Translations under genes and position numbers: made by a program
Shown: in pieces, positions 8,395 to 18,415 of the stretch
How the letters are laid out: every line of letters starts with the position of its first letter
Numbering within the stretch: the first letter of the stretch is position 1
NCBI GenBank assembly: GCA_029259155.1
Contig: JAPDJI010000007.1
Coordinates: forward strand, 1 to 45,024
From: Candidatus Methanomethylicia archaeon
GTDB taxonomy: Archaea > Thermoproteota > Methanomethylicia > Nezhaarchaeales > B40-G2
Reading direction: 5' to 3'
Length of the DNA: 45,024 nucleotides
The notes under the pieces: model-generated
What the model saw: the letters and a program-made list of their open reading frames with translations, nothing else
Told to the model about the DNA's origin: nothing
The model's database searches: none

Positions 8395-9012
8395 ATGGAG
8401 GGCGTAGCGCTAGCGAAAAGGGTAGCTTTCATAGCCTTGATGGGGGCTCTAGGCAATGCTTTAGCCTTCCTTACTCTACCAGTCTTCCCTCTAGCACAGC
8501 ACGTCTACCTAGACCTCTCAAGCTTACCGGTCTTAGTGGCAGCGGTCTTCGGTGGAGCCTACATGGGGGCTGCGGTTGGGTTGATAGCTGGACTAACGCC
8601 TTCGATATGGTTCGGCTTCATAGGTGGAACACTAGGCTTACTAGGTTTTTCAGCCTCGGTGGGTAAAGCGCTACATGGCTTTACGGTTGGATTACTGGTC
8701 AAGCGGCTCAAGCTACTCGATAAAGGCACCTGGACGATAATCCCAGCGGTGATCTTAGGCTTCGTCCCTGAAGCCCTATGGATAATGGTGGTGTTCCAGT
8801 GGCTAGTCTTCTTCTTCGTACCTGCACCAGTGGCAGAGTTCATGTCGACGGTACTGGTCTGGAGCATTTTGAGCAAGGCGACGTTCGAGGTCGTGTTGAT
8901 GGCCTTCTTCACCTCAGCGTTGTCTGGGCATGGAGGGTTCAAAGCCATCATGGAGAGCTACCTTACCCCCGTGAGGGTTCTACAGACTAGGCAGATCTCG
9001 GGGAAGAGCTAA
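8395..9012 (+). CDS. ECF transporter S component (vitamin/cofactor binding)
   Basis: About 6 TM helices; RVAFIALMGAL..L, LDLSSLPVLVAAVFGG..G pattern. Confidence 0.85.
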   Translation: MEGVALAKRVAFIALMGALGNALAFLTLPVFPLAQHVYLDLSSLPVLVAAVFGGAYMGAAVGLIAGLTPSIWFGFIGGTLGLLGFSASVGKALHGFTVGLLVKRLKLLDKGTWTIIPAVILGFVPEALWIMVVFQWLVFFFVPAPVAEFMSTVLVWSILSKATFEVVLMAFFTSALSGHGGFKAIMESYLTPVRVLQTRQISGKS

Positions 9013-9038
9013 AGCAACCTTCTTTTTACCTCATTTAC

Positions 9039-10325
9039 GTGGACAGAGCCAGGGTGCTACACGTTAAGGCAGGAGAGTTCATGTTAGCTGAGGGGCCTCT
9101 ACGTGTAAAGCTTCTTGAAGGTGAAGCCTCAATATGCGGTGCTAGATGCAGGGAAGGCTACGAGTTTCTACTGGTGGCTGAGAAGGCAGTTACCGTGGAG
9201 GCCCTCACAGACCTTAGACTGGAGGTTCATGGAGGCCTAGAGGCGAAGCTAGAGAAGAGCGAGAAGACCGTGCCCGAGGAGTGGCTTAGCGTAGTGGAAG
9301 AGCTAGCTAAGGGCCGTGGCACCGTAATGTTAGTAGGCCATGTAGACTCTGGGAAGACCTTCATGGCTACGTACATAGCCAACAAGCTGGTGGATGAAGG
9401 CTTCAAGGTAGCGGTGGTGGATAGTGATGTTGGACAGTCCAGCATAGGGCCTCCCGCCACGATAGGCATGGCGGTGATGGAAAAGCCCGAGCCCTTCCTG
9501 AACGAGTTGAAGATGGAGGCAGGCTACTTCGTAGGCTCAACCACGCCTACTGGCCACCTACTACCCATGGTGGTAGGTGTGAGGAAGCTAGTGGATAGAG
9601 CTAGGCAAGTAGCAGACTGCATAGTTATAGACACGACCGGGATGGTGTTCGGAGGGCCTGCCAGAGCCTTAAAGCTGTATAAGGCTGAGGTTGTCAGGCC
9701 CGACATAGCGGTGTTGCTGGAGAGGAGAGGAGAACTTAGCCACTTAGCCAAGCAGCTTGAAGCTCTAGGGATCGAGGTTAGGCGCATACCAGCTTCAAGG
9801 TGGGTGAAGCCTAGAGGGAGAGGGGAACGTAGAGCTTTGAGGGAGAGAGCTTTCCAAGTCCACTTTAAACGTAGGAAGCCGCGTGAAGTTGAGCTAGACT
9901 TAACCTCAACGCCTCTGATAGGGACTTACCTGGGATCAGGTGTGCAACCTTCAGGGTTGAGGGAGGAGGTTAAGGCGCTACTAGGCGTAGAGGTGCTTTA
10001 CTGTGAAAGCCTACCTGAGGGGATCGTGGCCATAATTGAAGAAAAGGTAGCTCCCAGGCAAGTAGAGGTCTTAAGGAGGAGGTTCGGTGAAACCATCAAG
10101 TTGTTGAGGAAAGGCTTCGAAAAAGGGCTTCTAGTAGGCCTCTTAGACTCTGAGGGGCTACTTCTAGACGTAGGCGTGGTGAAGCGTTTAGAGCTGGAAA
10201 AGAGCAGGGCCACGGTGACAACTCCCCTCGAGGATCTTGGCTACGTGAGGGCGGTTAAGCTGGGGTCCATTAGGCTCAATGAAGAGTATGAGGAAGTGGA
10301 GAGCCTAAGACCAGGCTTCCTTTGA
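9039..10325 (+). CDS. Clp1/Nol9/Grc3-family polynucleotide 5'-hydroxyl kinase
   Basis: GHVDSGKT, DSDVGQSSIGPP, IVIDTTG, R..R...R lid, GLLVGL C-terminal domain. Confidence 0.92.
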   Translation: MDRARVLHVKAGEFMLAEGPLRVKLLEGEASICGARCREGYEFLLVAEKAVTVEALTDLRLEVHGGLEAKLEKSEKTVPEEWLSVVEELAKGRGTVMLVGHVDSGKTFMATYIANKLVDEGFKVAVVDSDVGQSSIGPPATIGMAVMEKPEPFLNELKMEAGYFVGSTTPTGHLLPMVVGVRKLVDRARQVADCIVIDTTGMVFGGPARALKLYKAEVVRPDIAVLLERRGELSHLAKQLEALGIEVRRIPASRWVKPRGRGERRALRERAFQVHFKRRKPREVELDLTSTPLIGTYLGSGVQPSGLREEVKALLGVEVLYCESLPEGIVAIIEEKVAPRQVEVLRRRFGETIKLLRKGFEKGLLVGLLDSEGLLLDVGVVKRLELEKSRATVTTPLEDLGYVRAVKLGSIRLNEEYEEVESLRPGFL

Positions 10326-10341
10326 CCTGGAGGATGTGTAG

Positions 10342-11163
10342 ATGAAGCTTACTAGGAGGAGGTTCCTAGCGCTTTTAGCTGGAGGCTTAGCGCCCTTAAC
10401 CCTCGACCTCTCCTTCATAGAGCCCTACTTATTCGTAGAGACCAGCCACATCTCCATTACGCTACCTAAACCCTTGACGTCGACGCTGAGGATACTTCAC
10501 GTAACCGATACTCACTTCGGAAATTCCCTGGTTAGCTTCGTCTACGAAGCTGTAGTATCCAGGGCTAAGGAAGCCAAGCCAGACCTCATAGCATATACGG
10601 GCGACCTAGTCTCCAAGGCTGAAAGCTTTGAGGACGCCGTAAGCTTTGTTGAAGCCTTAGCCAGCGAGGCTCCTGTCTTCGTTGTTTGGGGCAACTGGGA
10701 TCACTGGAGCCTAGGTGGCGAAATCGGTGAGCTGAAGAAGCATCTAGAAGATATAGAGGGGGTTAAGGTGTTGGTGAACGAGGGAGAAGCCTTCAGGGAC
10801 GACGTATATATCGTGGGTGTAGATGATCCCTACTTATGGCGCAGCGACCTTAGCCAGGCTCTCAGCAATGCCCCAGATACCTGTGTGAAGGTATTGCTCG
10901 CCCATTCACCTCAGATCATAGGGGAGGCTGCGGGCAAGGTTGATGTGGTATTAGCGGGGCATACGCATGGAGGACAGGTAGTTATTCCCCTTGTAGGCCC
11001 CCTCTTCGTGCCCCTACCAAGTGAGTATAGAAGGTTTCTCGCTGGAGCCTTCTTCGAAGACGGCACGTACATGTACGTGTCGAGAGGAATAGGCATGAGT
11101 CTTCTACCCGTGAGGTTTCTATGTCCTCCTGAAGTAGCGGTTATCGATCTAGAGGAGTCGTAG
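10342..11163 (+). CDS. Calcineurin-like metallophosphoesterase (YkuE/YaeI type) with twin-arginine signal
   Basis: TRRRFL signal; DTH, GDLV, GNWD, LAHSP, GHTHGGQ, YVSRGIG. Confidence 0.9.
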   Translation: MKLTRRRFLALLAGGLAPLTLDLSFIEPYLFVETSHISITLPKPLTSTLRILHVTDTHFGNSLVSFVYEAVVSRAKEAKPDLIAYTGDLVSKAESFEDAVSFVEALASEAPVFVVWGNWDHWSLGGEIGELKKHLEDIEGVKVLVNEGEAFRDDVYIVGVDDPYLWRSDLSQALSNAPDTCVKVLLAHSPQIIGEAAGKVDVVLAGHTHGGQVVIPLVGPLFVPLPSEYRRFLAGAFFEDGTYMYVSRGIGMSLLPVRFLCPPEVAVIDLEES

Positions 11164-11187
11164 CCTCGAAGAAACCATCCTCACCGA

Positions 11188-11220
11188 CCACCTAAGCAGC
11201 AGACGGCTTATCTTAGGTGG
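11188..11220. repeat. Perfect 9-bp inverted repeat between convergent genes
   Basis: CCACCTAAG-N15-CTTAGGTGG. Confidence 0.6.
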
Positions 11221-11242
11221 GATGCAATGGTCAGCTCCTATC

Positions 11243-13459
11243 CTAAGCCACCGACTTGCCGCTAGGTTTCTCTAGAGGAATGGAGGCAGCCCTCCCTAAG
11301 ACCTCTTCGAGGAGGCTTAGCGCCTTCTTCCTTGAGAGGAGGCGGTTGTTGTTACCGCAGAAGGGGTCGTATACACATCTAGGACACCCGTCGTAGCAGC
11401 TACAGTTCTTCATGATCTCAAGGGCTACTCTATGAGCCTTCTCCAGCCTACCGTAGAGTAGCTTAGCTAAGCCTGAGCCGCCGGGCGTTGAGTCGTAGAT
11501 GACTATGTGGCCGCTAGGGTAGCTTACACCTCCAAGGTCTGTGAGGCCTGCCCCTACAACAGGCCTAGCAGCGTGAATTACAGCGTGCTCCAACGCGTGT
11601 ATGGCCTCGGGGTCGGCGTAGTCAGCGTAGCGAGCCTCGAGAAGCATAGTATTATAGCTCCAGGAAAGCGGTTCTTCCAGGTACTTCAACGTCTTAGGCT
11701 TACCTCTCTCCGAGGCATAGATTTGATATACTGCGTAGCCCACCACCGTTTTAACCACCCTGCCTGACCCGTAGGCCACGCGAATCCCGTCAACCTCGCG
11801 CTCAACCTCTAAGTCCAGCTCCTCTACCTCCACCTCGTATAGCGGCCTAGTGTAGTAGGGTAGCTCCCCTACCGGTTTGACGTATGCCTTCAACCTCTTT
11901 AGGTCTAGGCGCTCCACCTCATATACCACTCCTTGGTGAAGGTATACAGCTTCAGGGTGTAGGTCGTGTAGAGCCATGGGGAGCTCACGGGAGCCTATTA
12001 GCTTTTCTCCACGGTATATCTCGACTTCAGGCCCAGCTCCTCGGAGCCCCTTCTGGCTGATTAAGCGCCATGCTTCCCTTGAAGGGTAGTAGCTGGCACC
12101 TCTAGCCAGTAAGAGCCCTTCAGCCTCAAGCTTGAGCACAGCCTCCCTCCAAGCAGGAGGTATGGCCTGTTCGCGTAGCCTTCCATGTTGAAGAGCGTAA
12201 GCTAGTACGTGAAGCTTGACTACCTCCTCGTTGCTTGGTTCAAAGACTATGGGGGTAAGCTCCTGCTCAAAGTATCCTTCAGGACGGGCTTCGTAGTAAG
12301 CATCGATTGGGTCGTCGCCTAGCACCATAAACACGTAGCCAGGCAAACCTCTCCTACCAGCTCTCCCAGCTCTCTGAAGATACTTTACGTAGCTAGGGGG
12401 AGGAGAAGCCATTACCACGGCGTCAAGCGATCCGATATCTATGCCTAGCTCGAGGGTTGGGGTGGCCACTACGCCGTCGAGAGCTCCAGCCCTTAACGCA
12501 TCCTCCACCTTAACCCTTTCAGCTTTGGGCAAGCCTGCTCGGTGGACAGTTACGTTGGCTCCATCCCTCTTAGCCATCCTGGCCAAGAGCTCTGCCATCT
12601 GCTGGCTATCAGTGAAGCCAAGCACTTTAAGCCCCATCCTCGCCAAGTAGGCTATGAGCTTAGAGGCCACCATCCACCTGCTTAGGGGCCCTGCGCTAAC
12701 CATTACGTGGTAAGCTACTCCTCTCCTTCTAGGTAAGCCTCTAACCACCTCCACGTCTACGTCGAAGAGAAGCCTCCCTAGCTCCTCAGGGTTGCCTATG
12801 GTGGCTCCTGAAGCTATCAACTGCACTTTACCCCTAACGGTCCTCTTAAGCCGCTCCAACACCATCCTCATGTGGGAGCCGAAGGCCCCCTCGTATACAT
12901 GGGCCTCATCCAGGACCACGGCGTCAACTTCCCTCAGAATTCCTCTAAACCTAGAAGAGTAGGCTAAGCCGAAGTGCAGCATGTCAGGGTTTGTTATGAA
13001 GACCGCGGGGGGGTGCTTAGCGATCTCCCTACGCTCGTGTTCGGGTGTATCGCCGTCGTAAACCGCCGCCGTCACTCCCACGTTGAAGCATAGCTTCGTC
13101 AGCCTAGCCCTCTGATCCTTAGCTAAAGCCTTAGTAGGGTATATAATCACGGTCTTTAACCCTTCCTTCAGTGCTCGGTCCAGTAATGGAACGATGAAAG
13201 CCTCGGTCTTTCCAGTGGCGGTACCCGACGTGATCACCACGTCTCTACCTGAAGAGATCAGCCTATAGGCCTCAAACTGGTAGGAGTAAAGCCTCTCCAA
13301 CCCCTGAGCTATCAAGGCAGAGGATAACGTCTCCGCCAGGCCTATCTCAGAAACTCTAGGTCCTTGAGGCGGCTCCCCAACCTCCTCCTTCCTCACGTGA
13401 ACTATGCGGACTGGGGACCCAGCGAACATAGCTTTAATAGCTTCCACGACTCCCAGCAA
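11243..13459 (-). CDS. DEAH-box helicase with C-terminal DUF1998 Zn domain (Hrq1/SftH/YprA family)
   Basis: LYSYQ, GTATGKT, TNPDMLH, DEAHVY.GAFGSH, ELGIDIG, QRAGRAGRR, HALEH, CSCYDGCPRC. Confidence 0.92.
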   Translation of the reverse strand: MLGVVEAIKAMFAGSPVRIVHVRKEEVGEPPQGPRVSEIGLAETLSSALIAQGLERLYSYQFEAYRLISSGRDVVITSGTATGKTEAFIVPLLDRALKEGLKTVIIYPTKALAKDQRARLTKLCFNVGVTAAVYDGDTPEHERREIAKHPPAVFITNPDMLHFGLAYSSRFRGILREVDAVVLDEAHVYEGAFGSHMRMVLERLKRTVRGKVQLIASGATIGNPEELGRLLFDVDVEVVRGLPRRRGVAYHVMVSAGPLSRWMVASKLIAYLARMGLKVLGFTDSQQMAELLARMAKRDGANVTVHRAGLPKAERVKVEDALRAGALDGVVATPTLELGIDIGSLDAVVMASPPPSYVKYLQRAGRAGRRGLPGYVFMVLGDDPIDAYYEARPEGYFEQELTPIVFEPSNEEVVKLHVLAYALQHGRLREQAIPPAWREAVLKLEAEGLLLARGASYYPSREAWRLISQKGLRGAGPEVEIYRGEKLIGSRELPMALHDLHPEAVYLHQGVVYEVERLDLKRLKAYVKPVGELPYYTRPLYEVEVEELDLEVEREVDGIRVAYGSGRVVKTVVGYAVYQIYASERGKPKTLKYLEEPLSWSYNTMLLEARYADYADPEAIHALEHAVIHAARPVVGAGLTDLGGVSYPSGHIVIYDSTPGGSGLAKLLYGRLEKAHRVALEIMKNCSCYDGCPRCVYDPFCGNNNRLLSRKKALSLLEEVLGRAASIPLEKPSGKSVA

Positions 13460-13513
13460 CTATCCTCTACTGAAGAGGAAGCGTGAAGCCTAAAAAGCCT
13501 CCTCACCTAGTGC

Positions 13514-14506
13514 GTGAAGGCCTTGAAGTTTAAGCCTATAGCCTCGGCGCTAGGGGTTACGTTAAGCCACCCCTATGAAGGATACGTAAGCTTCACGTCC
13601 AGCCCATACACCCCTCACGTGGCTTGGTCAGCCGTAGATCTCTCTACCTCCACGAAGTTCGGAGATGAAGCCCTGTCACCTGTTGAAGGCAAGGTGGAGA
13701 GGATCGTGAAGGCGAGTAGCGGAGCTGGGCCCTATGAGCGGCTAGACTACATGATATCCATTAAGCCTAGGAGGTCCGAGAAGGTTAGGGTAAAGGTAAT
13801 GCACGTGAAGCCCGCCGTTAAGGCTGGAGATCACGTGGTGGAGGAGGACTTACTAGGCAGGTACATCAGGACGAACTACTTCTCCTACCACCATGTACCT
13901 CACCTTCACGTAGAGGTCTGCAGGGATACCAGCCTTAGACCTACGAGGGCAGCTCCCTTAACCCCTCTACTGCCATTGAGCGAGAAGACGTCCTTGAAGA
14001 AGCTTAAGGTAGTGGTCGATAAGGTAGAGGAGAGCTTCGCTCTATGTAGCCTAGAAAACGGGGGGCTGGGCATTACGTGTACCATAGGGGCTTCGCGTCG
14101 TAGAGCCCTGCTCAATGGACAGCTAGGGGTTAGAGCTGAGTACCTCGGCCTCCTAGGTTTAAGGGACGTAGAGATAAACGATCCCGTAAAGGTTGCGGGC
14201 AGCGAGGTAGCTTACGTTAAGTCTCAGCTAGGAGATCGAGCCATAGCTATTACCTCTAGGTCTCTATCCTTCAAGTCTTGGCTTAGGAAGCTTCAGAGAG
14301 CTTACCTTTCCAGGAACGAGGCACCTAAGCCTAGGGTAAAGGTGACCTCGACTGAAGCGCAGGTGAGAGGAGTAGAGCTCTTATTGTCGAAGCGGTGGCA
14401 GGTTAAGCTCATACCGTATCAAGGTCGCAGCTGGGGCGAAGAGCTGAGGGGGAAGAGGCTGGAGCTAAGCTTGAGCTTAAGACGGAGCAGGACTAGGCTT
14501 TCCTGA
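13514..14506 (+). CDS. Hypothetical protein with N-terminal M23 peptidase-like domain
   Basis: [36 protein letters not shown]. Confidence 0.7.
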   Translation: MKALKFKPIASALGVTLSHPYEGYVSFTSSPYTPHVAWSAVDLSTSTKFGDEALSPVEGKVERIVKASSGAGPYERLDYMISIKPRRSEKVRVKVMHVKPAVKAGDHVVEEDLLGRYIRTNYFSYHHVPHLHVEVCRDTSLRPTRAAPLTPLLPLSEKTSLKKLKVVVDKVEESFALCSLENGGLGITCTIGASRRRALLNGQLGVRAEYLGLLGLRDVEINDPVKVAGSEVAYVKSQLGDRAIAITSRSLSFKSWLRKLQRAYLSRNEAPKPRVKVTSTEAQVRGVELLLSKRWQVKLIPYQGRSWGEELRGKRLELSLSLRRSRTRLS

Positions 14507-15202
14507 AGCTTCCTTTAATCTACCAGCCCTTCTCCTTGCTTCTAGCTCCCTGAAGACCTCGTCTAGATCTACGCCTAATACTGCTAAGAGGACAAGGGAG
14601 TGGAAGAGGAGGTCAGCGGCTTCCTTAACCACCTCCTCTTTGGCGTTGTCCTTCGCAGCTAAGACAAGCTCTAAAGCCTCCTCACCCACCTTCCTAGACA
14701 CAGCGTTGACACCGGCGGAGGCCAGAGAGCTTACATAGGAGGTCGGTTTAGGGCTTCGTAGTCTATCCTTGATCACCTCGAAGACCTCAGCCAAGATAGC
14801 TGGCCCTTTAGCTACTTCCTCCTTGACCTTAGCCTCCACCTTGTTATGGAAGCAGGTGTAGAAGCCTTCGTGGCAGCAAACTCCGACCTGGACAACCTTG
14901 AAGAGTAGAGCGTCGCGGTCACAGTCCAAGTAGACCTCCTTGACGTACTGGTAGTGGCCTGAAGTCTCACCTTTAAGCCATAGCTTGCCCCTCGATCTAC
15001 TCCAGTAATGCATGAGGCCGGTGGTTAACGTCTTGAGAAGAGCTTCCTTATCCATGAAAGCTTGCATAAGTACCTGTCCAGTAGCTAAATCCTGTACCAC
15101 CACGGGTACGAGGCCGTTGCCCTTAGCGAAGTTTACTTCATCAACTAGCTTGGAGGCCTCTTCAAGCCCAAGCCTGAAAAAACTGTTGGACACAGCGTCC
15201 AC
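14477..15202 (-). CDS. hisIE: Bifunctional phosphoribosyl-AMP cyclohydrolase / phosphoribosyl-ATP pyrophosphatase
   Basis: [27 protein letters not shown]; [20 protein letters not shown]. Confidence 0.95.
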   Translation of the reverse strand: MDAVSNSFFRLGLEEASKLVDEVNFAKGNGLVPVVVQDLATGQVLMQAFMDKEALLKTLTTGLMHYWSRSRGKLWLKGETSGHYQYVKEVYLDCDRDALLFKVVQVGVCCHEGFYTCFHNKVEAKVKEEVAKGPAILAEVFEVIKDRLRSPKPTSYVSSLASAGVNAVSRKVGEEALELVLAAKDNAKEEVVKEAADLLFHSLVLLAVLGVDLDEVFRELEARRRAGRLKEASGKPSPAPS

Positions 15203-15256
15203 CTCAAAGTCCAGCCTTATAAGGCATTACAGACACTTAAAACTAAGGGAAAAGTC

Positions 15257-16042
15257 ATGGTTGTAGTATCCCCCGACCTGGTCAATCAATACTTGACCAA
15301 CGATAAGTTGGCAAAGATGTTTAAGCTACTATCGGGCGACGAGGTCATCCAGGCCTACTTGAAAATGGCTAACATCATGGCTGTAGGCAGGCTGAGATAC
15401 AACGATCACGGCCACGTCCACTCTAGGATAATAGCTGGAAGCGCCTTGGAGATCTTGTCCTTGCTCGTTGAGGAGGGCGTGGAGCCCTCGCTGGTAAAGG
15501 ACGGGGTGGGGAGCTATGAAGATGCTCAGCTAGTTGTGTTAGCAGGGGCCTACCTGCACGATATAGGAAACGCTGTGCATAGGGAGCAGCATCATGTACA
15601 TGGCTGTTATATAGCTAGTGAGGTCTTAGATAGGTTGTTGCCCAAGGTATATGGCAACGATAAGGTGAAGATAACCCTAGTGAAGTCTGAGATCTTACAC
15701 TGCATTTTCTCTCACGACGAGAAGGTTGAATCTTTAAGCATCGAGGCTGGCACGGTTAAGGTAGCTGACGGCACAGATATGGCTGGAGGTAGAGCTAGAA
15801 TCCCCTATAGGACCGGGAAAGTAGATATTCACTCACTCTCAGCCTTAGCCATAAGTAGCGTTGAGATAGAGAAGGGGGTTAAGACGCCTGTAGCGATAAG
15901 GGTTAACATGGAGAACCCTGCTGGCGTATTTCAAGTAGAGGCAGTGCTCGGTAGGAAGCTTAAGACCTCGAAGATCAAGGGCTACGTCGAGGTAGAAGCT
16001 CTCATAGATGGGAAGAGGCTTAAGACCATCGAGCCTTCGTAG
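15257..16042 (+). CDS. HD-superfamily phosphohydrolase
   Basis: YNDHG.VH, YLHDIGN..HR..H, VADGTDM..GRAR. Confidence 0.88.
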   Translation: MVVVSPDLVNQYLTNDKLAKMFKLLSGDEVIQAYLKMANIMAVGRLRYNDHGHVHSRIIAGSALEILSLLVEEGVEPSLVKDGVGSYEDAQLVVLAGAYLHDIGNAVHREQHHVHGCYIASEVLDRLLPKVYGNDKVKITLVKSEILHCIFSHDEKVESLSIEAGTVKVADGTDMAGGRARIPYRTGKVDIHSLSALAISSVEIEKGVKTPVAIRVNMENPAGVFQVEAVLGRKLKTSKIKGYVEVEALIDGKRLKTIEPS

Positions 16043-16574
16043 CCTCCTCGACCAGCTCCTCCGCTAGTTCTTTAGCCAAGGAGTCGCGGTTCCCCGTCGT
16101 CAGCACCAAGACCTTGACGTCAGCTCTACGCTTAACCTCGTCCACAAGGCCGCCTCTCGCCTTAAAGTGAACCGTGCCTAGAACAAGCTTTCCGCTATCT
16201 AGAGCCTTTCTTACCGCCTCCTTGAAAGCTTCGCTGTAGAGCTCCATGGGACCAACCTCATCCACCACAACTACGTCGCATTCCTCCAACGCCCTTAGTA
16301 TGGCTTTAACCCCCACCTCTTCAAGATCGTGCAGGTTAACTCGATACTTACCTATGCTTGGACCTGTACGCTGCTCTACGCTCGCTAAAACACCTCTAGC
16401 CCCTGTAGCCAAGTCGATTACCTCAAAGCCCCACCTAACACCGCTTCTCCGCACCTCTCCAGACAGCATGCCTCCAACCTTGAACCCTCTCCGTTTAAGC
16501 TCCTCCACTACTTTCATCACAGCCGTGGTCTTGCCGACCCCCGGTGCACCGGTGAGGAAGAAAGCCTTGACCAT
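16020..16574 (-). CDS. NTPase, THEP1/NTPase_1 family
   Basis: TGAPGVGKTT, EVR..G.R.GF, IGKY.V, VDEVGPMEL. Confidence 0.93.
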   Translation of the reverse strand: MVKAFFLTGAPGVGKTTAVMKVVEELKRRGFKVGGMLSGEVRRSGVRWGFEVIDLATGARGVLASVEQRTGPSIGKYRVNLHDLEEVGVKAILRALEECDVVVVDEVGPMELYSEAFKEAVRKALDSGKLVLGTVHFKARGGLVDEVKRRADVKVLVLTTGNRDSLAKELAEELVEEATKARWS

Positions 16575-16593
16575 GAAAGCTACCCCCCGTCAG

Positions 16594-16956
16594 CTACCAA
16601 GAGGAAGTTAAGAGGAGGAAGAGGAACCATACCATCATTAAGATCAGGATTATGTTGAATATTGAATGCCACTTAGCGCCCTTAACCCTCTGAGCCTCAA
16701 ACCTAGCTCTACAGTCGCTACTACAGAGAGGAGGCTCGCCGGGCGTGGTATACATTAAAGGTATAGGTTTACCGCAAACCACGCAGTGTTTATGAGGAGT
16801 ACCAACCTCTATGCCCGTCTTTCTCCAAATCTCCCGACACCTATCACTACATAGCGGAGGCTCCCCTACCTTCTGGGAGTAGGGAGGGTAGATCGGAGAG
16901 CCGCAAACTATGCAGTGTCGATGATCGTAAGCCGACGCAGCTCCCTCCAAAAACAA
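16594..16956 (-). CDS. DUF2116-like Zn-ribbon membrane protein with duplicated Zn finger
   Basis: Two HxHCxxCGxPI...GEPPLCSxxCR units followed by a C-terminal TM helix. Confidence 0.8.
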   Translation of the reverse strand: MFLEGAASAYDHRHCIVCGSPIYPPYSQKVGEPPLCSDRCREIWRKTGIEVGTPHKHCVVCGKPIPLMYTTPGEPPLCSSDCRARFEAQRVKGAKWHSIFNIILILMMVWFLFLLLTSSW

Positions 16957-17045
16957 TCTCTAAGCCAACTCTAATTACTTTTTACCTACTAGACGCAGCA
17001 TTTTTTAACAAGGTAGGGCTTCTTGATTAGAGACGGTGTCCATCT

Positions 17046-18413
17046 TTGCCCCACTTTAGCCTAGGTATCAACACTCAGACCCCTCTCATCAAGTTTAAGC
17101 TCAGCTTTGAGGAGCTCCTAGAGAAGTATGGTCAGCTTGAAGAGCCTGTTAGGCTGGAGAAACTGGTTAAAGATAAGGACTATTACTTTACTCCTGGAGG
17201 AGTGACAGCCACCGTATACCCTATGGTTAAGGCGTTAAGAAACCTAGGACAGCTATCCTCGATAAGCTGGGTATCCCTTAACCATAACGCTCCTTCCGAG
17301 GTCGTCTTCGACGACATAAAGTTCTACCACGTCCAGCTACCCAGCGAGCTCATACCTTACTACACGAACTTTAAGGAAGGTATCTGGAAAGAGTTTCATG
17401 GACTAGGACCCGCCGAGGTAAAGATCGGGGAGTACGAAGCCTACGCCATGTACAACTGGCTCTGCGCTCAACGCATGTTAAAGCTACTCCCAGAACTCGA
17501 CATACTCTGGATACATGATTTCCAGCAGCTCCAAGTAGGAGGCTTAATAGGCCCTTCAGCACCAGCCGTGTATAGGTGGCATATCCCCTTTAGGATCGAT
17601 TTAGTATCCCGTAGGTTAAGGAACTTCGTGCTTAAGAACCTTGAAAGCTACGACGCAGTGATCGTGAGTACCAAGAGAGACCTTGAAGGCCTTATACATG
17701 CAGGATACCATGGTAGAGCCTACCAAGTTTACCCCTACATAGACCCCAAGAAGTGGAAGGTGCCCAGCGAAAGTAGAGTAATGAAAGTCATGGATAGGTA
17801 CAAGATAAGCGAGGACGATGAGGTTATATTGGTCGTGGCCAGGATGGACTACATTAAGGGGCAGGACGTTGCCATTAAGTCCCATGCCCTCCTCAAACAG
17901 AGGAGGCCTAAGGCCAAGTTACTACTAGTGGGTAACGGCAGCTTCACGAGCAGCGGCCTAGGACATAGTAAGGGTGAGACCTGGAGACGCTATTTAATGG
18001 TCTTAGTCAGAGAGCTTAAACTGGAAGATAGCGTGCGCTTCTTAGGGTACGTTAGCGATGAGGATTTGAAAGCACTGTATGTGAGGGCTAACGTCGTGCT
18101 CCTACCTTCAAAGATGGAAGGTTTCGGCCTGACAACCATAGAGGGCTGGAATTATAGGAAACCTGTAGTCGTGAGTCGAGGGGCAGGGTCCTCTGAGCTA
18201 GTCATAGAGGATGTTAACGGATATACGCATAGGCCGGAGGATCACGAAGAACTCAGCGAGAAGCTGGAAAAGGTTCTCAGCAACGCTGAGAAAGCGGAAA
18301 AGATGGGAAGCTTAGGTTATGAAACTTCTAAGCAGTGTTGGGTCTCATCAGCCGTGGAGAAGTTGAAGGAAGTCTTCGAAGAGATCCTAGAAACCTATAG
18401 AGCGGCCCATTAA
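17046..18413 (+). CDS. GT-B glycosyltransferase (GT4-like C-domain), candidate trehalose-6-phosphate synthase-like enzyme
   Basis: PGGV, WIHDFQQL, WHIPF, VARMD..KG, EGFGLTTIE. Confidence 0.75.
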   Translation: MPHFSLGINTQTPLIKFKLSFEELLEKYGQLEEPVRLEKLVKDKDYYFTPGGVTATVYPMVKALRNLGQLSSISWVSLNHNAPSEVVFDDIKFYHVQLPSELIPYYTNFKEGIWKEFHGLGPAEVKIGEYEAYAMYNWLCAQRMLKLLPELDILWIHDFQQLQVGGLIGPSAPAVYRWHIPFRIDLVSRRLRNFVLKNLESYDAVIVSTKRDLEGLIHAGYHGRAYQVYPYIDPKKWKVPSESRVMKVMDRYKISEDDEVILVVARMDYIKGQDVAIKSHALLKQRRPKAKLLLVGNGSFTSSGLGHSKGETWRRYLMVLVRELKLEDSVRFLGYVSDEDLKALYVRANVVLLPSKMEGFGLTTIEGWNYRKPVVVSRGAGSSELVIEDVNGYTHRPEDHEELSEKLEKVLSNAEKAEKMGSLGYETSKQCWVSSAVEKLKEVFEEILETYRAAH

Positions 18414-18415
18414 CT

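Noticed and set aside
8379-8666. Alternative-frame ORFs overlapping the ECF gene (also 8778-8990)
   Set aside because: Same-strand overlap with a convincing membrane protein and no recognisable features.
5810-13459. Hef, Clp1, phosphoesterase and DUF1998 helicase as a defence island (e.g. DISARM/Druantia-like)
   Set aside because: Mixed orientations, typical housekeeping forms, and no methylase, nuclease or other partner genes.
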